Below are positions 57,892-64,000 of a DNA stretch of 64,000 bases, one piece after another (position 1 is the stretch's first letter; each line of letters starts with the position of its first letter). The notes beneath the pieces were generated by a model. That model was given only the letters and a program-made list of their open reading frames with translations. It had not been told where the DNA came from and made no database searches. The stretch comes from Geopsychrobacteraceae bacterium (GTDB lineage: Bacteria > Desulfobacterota > Desulfuromonadia > Desulfuromonadales > Geopsychrobacteraceae). Made by a program: the position numbers and the translations under genes. The DNA is taken from assembly GCA_963662315.1 (NCBI GenBank), contig OY759353.1:1216001-1280000 (forward strand), in the 5' to 3' direction.

Positions 57892-58782
57892 TTATCGACC
57901 ACTCCAGAAGTACGCGGGCCCGGAAAAACCGTCCACGCTCCCCCTTACTCCCAGATACTTCGAAATAACATTCTGCAAGTAACGATCAATAAGATTGGTA
58001 CGTTCAGGTTCAGGATAAATAAGATCGGGATCTTCACCTGCACCTGATAGCTTTCCGGCATAAGCGACAGCATCATAAAAAGTACCGATTTCGTCAATAA
58101 AACCGAGCTCCTTTGCCTGTCGTCCTGTCATAATGCGCCCATCAACATAGGGTTGAAGTCGATCAACGGGAAGTTTTCGCTCCACGCTGATGGTTTCAAC
58201 AAATTGTTGATGAACATCATCGATCAAGCCTTGCAGCAATGATCGATCAGCTTCGGAGAAGATTGCTGAAGACGATCCCGTATCCTTAAACTGGCCACTC
58301 TTGACCGTCTCCATCCTGACGCCGATATTATCCATCAGTTCACGATAATTGGGAAAAGACATAATAACACCGATACTACCGGTTATCGTGCCAGGATTAG
58401 CAAAGATTTTTTCTCCGGCAACAGCAAGATAATAACCACCAGAAGCAGCAACAGCCCCCATGGTAACAATCAAGGGCTTAACCTCTGCCAGTTTTTTTAA
58501 TTCTGCATATATTTCCTGAGAAGGACCAACCCCTCCGCCAGGAGAATCAATCCGCATAACAACTGCTTTGATCGAATCCCCTTCACGGTATTCCTTGATT
58601 TGCTCAATAATGCGTCGGGAGTCAGTGATGGGTCCTTCTATTTCAAGAACGGCTACTTTATTTCCGACCGAAACAGACATTGCTCCAAATGGAAATAAAC
58701 CCGCAGTAATAATAACCAAAAGGAAAAATAGGAAGATACCACTGACCGTAAGAATGGCCATTAAAAAAGGACGTTTTTTCAT
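57892..58782 (-). CDS. sppA: Signal peptide peptidase (S49)
   Basis: RIDSPGG, AASGGYY, GSIGV, KSG.FKD, TGRQA. Confidence 0.93.
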   Translation of the reverse strand: MKKRPFLMAILTVSGIFLFFLLVIITAGLFPFGAMSVSVGNKVAVLEIEGPITDSRRIIEQIKEYREGDSIKAVVMRIDSPGGGVGPSQEIYAELKKLAEVKPLIVTMGAVAASGGYYLAVAGEKIFANPGTITGSIGVIMSFPNYRELMDNIGVRMETVKSGQFKDTGSSSAIFSEADRSLLQGLIDDVHQQFVETISVERKLPVDRLQPYVDGRIMTGRQAKELGFIDEIGTFYDAVAYAGKLSGAGEDPDLIYPEPERTNLIDRYLQNVISKYLGVRGSVDGFSGPAYFWSGR

Positions 58783-58794
58783 GTCATACCAACG

Positions 58795-58827
58795 AAAAAA
58801 GGACCCCAGGATGCCTGGGGTCCTTTT
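58795..58827 (-). terminator. Intrinsic terminator after rpsA
   Basis: Minus-strand ggaccccagg-cat-cctggggtcc followed by T6. Confidence 0.8.
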
Positions 58828-58844
58828 CCTGAGCGATCACGTAA

Positions 58845-60566
58845 TTAATCTTCCGCTTTACGATCCATAGCACCCTGCAGCAGAGCACCAAGGTTGGAAG
58901 TTGCATTTTTCTGAGCACCCATGAACTCATTGACTTCAGCTTTTTCTTTCTGCTCGTCAAGGTTTTTAATCGACAGGGCGATTTTGCGCTCAACAGTATC
59001 AACCTGAAGCACCGCAGCTTCAAGATCAGATCCAACTTGGGCAAACTCTTTCGGATTGTCGATCTTTTCTTTGCTTAGCTCAGAAACGTGAATCAACCCT
59101 TCAATACCTTCTTCCAGCTCAATGAAAATACCGAAATCGGTGACTGAAGTTACATTGCCACGCACGATGGTACCGCGGGCATAACGGGTCGGAACAGTCT
59201 CCCAAGGATCGGAGTTAAGCTGTTTAAGACCAAGAGAGAAGCGCTCATTCTCACGGTCGATGTTAAGAACAACAGCTTTAACCAGATCACCCTTTTTGTA
59301 AACTTCGGAAGGATGCTTGATACGCTTGGTCCAGGACAGATCAGAGATATGAACCAGACCGTCAATACCCTCATCGACACCTACGAAGATGCCGAAATCA
59401 GTAATGTTTTTAACTTGACCTTCAATGATGGTACCAATCGGGAATTTCTCACCGATAATATCCCATGGGTTTGGCTCAACTTGTTTGAGGCCCAGGGAAA
59501 TACGACGGTTTTCGGTATCCAGCGCCAGAACTACGGACTCAACATCATCACCGATGGCGAGAACTTTGTTCGGATGTTTTACGCGCTTGGTCCAGCTCAT
59601 TTCAGAAACGTGAATCAGGCCTTCAACACCTTCTTCAAGCTCAATAAATGCGCCGTAATCGGTCAAGCTGACAACCTTACCGGTCACCTTGCCGCCGATT
59701 GGGTATTTTGCTTCGACATCAAGCCATGGATCGGGAGCAATCTGCTTAAGACCAAGAGACACACGCTCTTTGTCTTTGTCGAATTTAAGAACCTTAACGT
59801 TGATTTTGTCGCCGACAGCCAGAATGTCTGAAGGATGCTTGACGCGTCCCCAGGACATATCAGTGATGTGCAGCAAACCATCTATACCACCGAGATCAAT
59901 GAATGCACCGTAGTCGGTAAGGTTCTTAACGATACCTTCTGCGACCTGACCTTCCTCAAGAGTCTTGAGGGTTTCGCCACGCTGTGATTCACGCTCAGTT
60001 TCAAGCAGAACACGACGGGACAGCACAATGTTGCCACGACGCTTATTCAGCTTGATAATCTTGAATTCAAAGGATTGACCGATAACTTTATCCAGGTTTC
60101 TCACCGGACGCAGATCAACCTGAGAACCGGGCAGGAATGCGTTAACGCCGATATCAACAGACAGACCGCCTTTGATACGGCTGACAATACGACCTTCAAC
60201 CACTGCACCTTCTTCAAGAGAATTCCAGATTTTCTGACGATCGGCTTTCTCTTTAGACAGCATGATCAGACCGCTATCGCTTTCACCACCACCGAACAGG
60301 ACATCATAGACATCCCCGACTTTGACGTTAATCGCACCATTTTCGTCGGCGAACTCACGGATCGGGATAACGCCTTCCGATTTGTAACCAACATCGACAA
60401 CAACTGAATCAGGGTTAACCTGAACAACTGTGCCTTCGACGACATCGTTACGTTTCAGCTCAAAACCACCCTGCTCATAATCCTTGAGCAGCTCTTCAAA
60501 GCTTTCTTCGAACTCGTCCATTGCTTCCATTTCGTTTTCGTCCTGCATGTCTTTTTCTTCTACCAT
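58845..60566 (-). CDS. rpsA: 30S ribosomal protein S1
   Basis: Repeated S1 domains (DYGAFI, GLIHVSE, RISLGLKQ); start taken at ATG 60566. Confidence 0.98.
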   Translation of the reverse strand: MVEEKDMQDENEMEAMDEFEESFEELLKDYEQGGFELKRNDVVEGTVVQVNPDSVVVDVGYKSEGVIPIREFADENGAINVKVGDVYDVLFGGGESDSGLIMLSKEKADRQKIWNSLEEGAVVEGRIVSRIKGGLSVDIGVNAFLPGSQVDLRPVRNLDKVIGQSFEFKIIKLNKRRGNIVLSRRVLLETERESQRGETLKTLEEGQVAEGIVKNLTDYGAFIDLGGIDGLLHITDMSWGRVKHPSDILAVGDKINVKVLKFDKDKERVSLGLKQIAPDPWLDVEAKYPIGGKVTGKVVSLTDYGAFIELEEGVEGLIHVSEMSWTKRVKHPNKVLAIGDDVESVVLALDTENRRISLGLKQVEPNPWDIIGEKFPIGTIIEGQVKNITDFGIFVGVDEGIDGLVHISDLSWTKRIKHPSEVYKKGDLVKAVVLNIDRENERFSLGLKQLNSDPWETVPTRYARGTIVRGNVTSVTDFGIFIELEEGIEGLIHVSELSKEKIDNPKEFAQVGSDLEAAVLQVDTVERKIALSIKNLDEQKEKAEVNEFMGAQKNATSNLGALLQGAMDRKAED

Positions 60567-60707
60567 TGGAGATGTGACCCCCTTACGAATTTTCCGGCGC
60601 CTGACGGCGACGGACTCAAATTTTTGAGACTGCGCACGATAGCACAAGCGCCTTTAAAAAACAAACCAATATTTTTCAAGCAGTTATTAAGATCGCTTTA
60701 GGGAATC

Positions 60708-61385
60708 TTAAAGGAGTTCACGCGCCCTGACAGTAGCGATCATTATCTCAAGAACCTCATCAATACTCATGCAAGTGGAGTCAATACTCAGAGCGTCATC
60801 TGCACATAGCAAAGGGGAATGTTCACGCGCCGTATCTGCAGCATCCCGCTGTTGAACCTCATCAATCGTTGTTTCCAGGTCTGCGACAATCCCCTTAGCC
60901 AGTAATTCTTCATAACGGCGCTGACCCCGTGCCTGTGCAGAAGCCGACAGAAAAAATTTAACCTCGGCCCGAGGAAAAACCACGGTCCCAATATCACGCC
61001 CCTCAAGAACGACCCCACCGTTTCGAGCCAATTTGCGCTGCTGTTCTACCAGCGCCTGGCGAACGCCGGGGCAAGCCGCAACCTGGGCAGTCAACAAACT
61101 GATCTCAGGTGTGCGGATCGCAGCAGAGACATCCTCACCGTTAACCAGAACCCGCTCTTGCTCTGCGCTGCGATCAAAGTCGATATTCAGACTTGCGGCC
61201 ATAACACCCAAAGACTGCTCATCATCACAGGCGATCCCACTCTGTTGAGCCGCCCAGGCAACAGAGCGATACATAGCTCCGGTATCGATATTGAGGTAAT
61301 CAAGTCGTTGCGCAAGCAGTTTACTCAAGGTGCTCTTCCCGGCACCCGAAGGACCGTCAATTGCGACAATCAATTTTTTAGCCAT
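60708..61385 (-). CDS. cmk: Cytidylate kinase
   Basis: AIDGPSGAGKST, DTGAMYR, EGRDIGTVVFP. Confidence 0.97.
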   Translation of the reverse strand: MAKKLIVAIDGPSGAGKSTLSKLLAQRLDYLNIDTGAMYRSVAWAAQQSGIACDDEQSLGVMAASLNIDFDRSAEQERVLVNGEDVSAAIRTPEISLLTAQVAACPGVRQALVEQQRKLARNGGVVLEGRDIGTVVFPRAEVKFFLSASAQARGQRRYEELLAKGIVADLETTIDEVQQRDAADTAREHSPLLCADDALSIDSTCMSIDEVLEIMIATVRARELL

Positions 61386-61400
61386 ATTGAGCGTCCCCGT

Positions 61401-62699
61401 TTATTGTCTGCACAGGGAAAAGAGCAGCTCCCAAAAGCCCGGAAAGGAGGTCTCGGTACATTGAGTATCTAAAATTTCAACGGCAGATCCGGCACGCAGT
61501 GCCGCTATGGCCATACTCATGGCAATACGATGATCGCCGAAAGACTGCACTGTCCCGCCGCTTAATTCGCCACCGCCAACAATGCGCATGCCATCTTCAA
61601 GCGGAGTGATATCAGCCCCCAACGCACCGAGGCATTCACACATGGCCGCAATACGATCCGTCTCTTTGACCCGTAACTCTTTAGCGTCACTGATGGTCGT
61701 TACACCCTCAGCAAAAGCTGCCGCGACACTGACGACCGGGAACTCATCAATCGCGCGGGGAATCAATTCACCATCGATGTTGATACCTTTGAGAGAACTG
61801 CTCTTGACCAGCAGATCAGCAACCGGCTCGCCACCAATTTCCCGCTCGTTTAACAGTTCAATGGAACCGCCCATCTGGTGCAAAATGTCAATAATCCCGC
61901 TACGTGTCGGATTGATGCCGACATTCTTCAGAAGCAATTCAGAACCGGGAACAATCAGACCAGCAACCAGGAAAAATGCTGCTGAAGAGATATCGCCAGG
62001 CACGGTAACATCACGCCCCTGCAATTTTACCGGCCCGGTAATACTGGCGCCGCCATCAAAAGAAACCACATCGGCGCCGAAATAGCGCAGCATCCTTTCA
62101 CTATGGTCCCGCGACAGGTGAGGTTCATAAACCGTCGTCGTACCTTCAATCTGCATACCCGCCAAGAGCAAGGCCGACTTAACCTGAGCACTGGCAATCG
62201 GCGAATGGTACTCCAGCGGCTTTAGCTGCCCACCACATAGGGCAAAAGGGGCTTTACTGCAGTCACTACGTCCAAGAATTGTCGCTCCCATGGTTTTTAA
62301 CGGGTTTATAACCCGGCCCATGGGACGATTGCGTAGATACCTATCACCAGTCAGAACTGAGAAAAAGGGCTGAGCCGCCAGAATCCCGCTCATCAGCCGC
62401 ATAGTGGTTCCCGAATTGCCACAATCAATAACATCAGCCGGTTCCTGCAACATGAGCCCGCGACCATGAATAATCAACTCATCAGCAGCCCGGTCCTCAA
62501 CTTCGATACCAAGAGATTTAAATGCTGCCAAAGTCGACAAACAGTCTTCACCACGCAGCAGACCTGAAATACGGCTGGTCCCCTCTGCTAAAGAAGCAAA
62601 CATGATGGAACGATGAGATATGGATTTATCCCCGGGGACGACGAACTCCCCTTCGAGTTGCGTAACAGGAGCGATTACCCTATCGATGTTTTGACTCAT
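61401..62699 (-). CDS. aroA: EPSP synthase (class II)
   Basis: PGDKSISHR, GNSGTTMRL, ASAQVKS, RDHSERML, ELRVKETDRI, DHRIAMS. Confidence 0.97.
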   Translation of the reverse strand: MSQNIDRVIAPVTQLEGEFVVPGDKSISHRSIMFASLAEGTSRISGLLRGEDCLSTLAAFKSLGIEVEDRAADELIIHGRGLMLQEPADVIDCGNSGTTMRLMSGILAAQPFFSVLTGDRYLRNRPMGRVINPLKTMGATILGRSDCSKAPFALCGGQLKPLEYHSPIASAQVKSALLLAGMQIEGTTTVYEPHLSRDHSERMLRYFGADVVSFDGGASITGPVKLQGRDVTVPGDISSAAFFLVAGLIVPGSELLLKNVGINPTRSGIIDILHQMGGSIELLNEREIGGEPVADLLVKSSSLKGINIDGELIPRAIDEFPVVSVAAAFAEGVTTISDAKELRVKETDRIAAMCECLGALGADITPLEDGMRIVGGGELSGGTVQSFGDHRIAMSMAIAALRAGSAVEILDTQCTETSFPGFWELLFSLCRQ

Positions 62700-62779
62700 T
62701 TATTGGCCTTTTCCCTCAAGAACATAATTTATAAACCCGCGCGGATTATAAACCCGCTGGCGGAAAATTCACTGAAAAA

Positions 62780-63649
62780 TTAAAGAATAGCGTCACGTAG
62801 CTGCTTTGATTTCAGGAAAAATGAAAACATCTTATCCCCCTTGCCAGCAGCAACATCGGCTTTTAGCTCAGCGAAAAATTTCTCAAACTGCTCCATCATT
62901 TCTAGCAATGCCTCGCGATTTGTTTCGGCGATATCACGCCACATGGTCGGATCCGAAGAAGCAATCCGGGTGAAGTCACGAAAGCCTCCGGCTGAATACT
63001 CTAGAATGTTTTCTTCGTAATAGTCATAGGAGCCGACCGCATTGACCAGTGAATAAGCGACCATATGCGGCAAATGACTGATGGCCGCAAGAACGCGGTC
63101 ATGCTTTTCAGCAGTCATGGAAACAACTTCGCAACCAGTCGCCTGCCACATATGACGGACCATGTCAAAAGCCGCTTCCGGAGTTTTATCGGTAGGTGTC
63201 AAGATGCAGCGCTTCCCCTGATAGAGAGTCGCAAATGCTGCTTCTGCACCACTCTTCTCTGTTCCGGCAATCGGGTGCCCGGGAACGAAGGACACATGAT
63301 CAGGGAGCAACGGTTCGAGCTGATCAATAATCGCCCCCTTAACACTGCCACCATCAGTCAAAATGGCTCCAGCTTTCAAGCCAGGCAGCAATTGGCTGGT
63401 CACCGCAGCTAAACTTTTAACCGGCGTCGCCAGAAACACCACATCAGCGTCTTTAACGGCCTCAACAGGGTCACGGCTATAACGGTCAATCACACCCAAT
63501 TCCACTGCTTTTTCCAGATTGGGCTTGCCACGGCCACAGCCTACGACTTCGCCGACGGCACCGGCCTGCTTAAGGGCCAGAGCCAAGGAGCCTCCAATCA
63601 GACCGACACCAACAACAGCGAGCCGCGGAATAAAGAATTTATCCGCCAT
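62780..63649 (-). CDS. tyrA: Prephenate/arogenate dehydrogenase
   Basis: GVGLIGGS, D.GSVK, GHPIAGTE, HD...ISHLPH, GGFRDFTRIA. Confidence 0.95.
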   Translation of the reverse strand: MADKFFIPRLAVVGVGLIGGSLALALKQAGAVGEVVGCGRGKPNLEKAVELGVIDRYSRDPVEAVKDADVVFLATPVKSLAAVTSQLLPGLKAGAILTDGGSVKGAIIDQLEPLLPDHVSFVPGHPIAGTEKSGAEAAFATLYQGKRCILTPTDKTPEAAFDMVRHMWQATGCEVVSMTAEKHDRVLAAISHLPHMVAYSLVNAVGSYDYYEENILEYSAGGFRDFTRIASSDPTMWRDIAETNREALLEMMEQFEKFFAELKADVAAGKGDKMFSFFLKSKQLRDAIL

Positions 63650-64000
63650 CAGTTCTGACCCCCGTTAGTCTTTTCTTGGCGGGCCAAGGGGTAAGAGCCA
63701 AGAACCTTGAGAAAATTACAGTGGGAGCGCAACTCTTCAACCGCATCAGAGATTCTGGCTTCGTCCGCATGCCCAATCAGGTCCAGAAAGAAAATATACT
63801 CCCAAGCCTTCTGCTTCATCGGCCGACTCTCAATTTTAGCCAGGTTGATATCACGCTTACTGAACGGTTCGAGCATGCGATAGAGAATACCCGGCTCGTC
63901 TTTGACACTGAACATAACGGAGGTTTTATCGTCGCCGCTTTTTTCCGGACTTTTTTTACCAATCACAAGAAAGCGCGTAAAATTATTTGGATTATCTTCA
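63649..64000 (-). CDS. pheA: Prephenate dehydratase, C-terminal part (ACT domain), truncated by window edge
   Basis: NFTRFLVI upstream in frame; DKTS, PG.L, INLAKIESRP, Y.FF.D, LGSYP. Confidence 0.93.
   Translation of the reverse strand, partial: EDNPNNFTRFLVIGKKSPEKSGDDKTSVMFSVKDEPGILYRMLEPFSKRDINLAKIESRPMKQKAWEYIFFLDLIGHADEARISDAVEELRSHCNFLKVLGSYPLARQEKTNGGQN

Noticed and set aside
57444..57968. 174-aa plus-strand ORF
   Set aside because: Antisense shadow of ihfB that runs through the ncRNA and a terminator
1..64000. Mobile elements, CRISPR arrays, tRNA or rRNA genes, defence systems
   Set aside because: No transposase or integrase ORFs, repeat-spacer arrays or tRNA/rRNA signatures were seen

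Overview
This 64-kb window is bacterial chromosome. Gene order and content point to a Desulfuromonadia/Geobacter-like deltaproteobacterium (inference). It has five blocks. (1) 1-16.9 kb is an accessory catabolic and transport region: acylating aldehyde dehydrogenase, TIM-barrel isomerase, Usp, an inverted operon (DHDPS-family aldolase, GntR, FGGY pentulose kinase, L-fucose/D-arabinose isomerase-like gene), a ThDP enzyme, a TRAP transporter, a cupin, and DMT/AEC transporters. (2) 17.2-27.2 kb is an LPS/surface-glycan glycosyltransferase cluster with paralog duplications and an AT-rich insert. (3) 27.2-43.1 kb is the envelope backbone: mutM, lysS, lolCE/D, bamA, skp, lpxD, fabZ, lpxA, lpxB, msbA, DUF374, waaA, lpxK and a 55-aa Trm112/YcaR gene missed by the ORF track. 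(4) 43-55 kb holds a TPR/LolB-like/peptide-ABC operon with a stand-alone MshEN c-di-GMP-receptor gene inside it, and a divergent operon encoding a small membrane protein, an SLC5-STAC-GAF-PP2C sensor phosphatase, a STAS anti-anti-sigma factor and an RsbW-type kinase. (5) 55-64 kb is housekeeping (HAD, lgt, RluA-family, a 6S-like RNA, ihfB, sppA, rpsA, cmk, aroA, tyrA, pheA). The best candidates for undescribed biology are the transporter-sensor partner-switching module, a putative Kdo (or similar keto-deoxy acid) catabolic operon, the MshEN gene in the ABC operon, and a 6S-like RNA at an atypical locus. I saw no mobile elements, CRISPR arrays, tRNAs or rRNAs. All family calls come from motif recognition by eye, not database searches.
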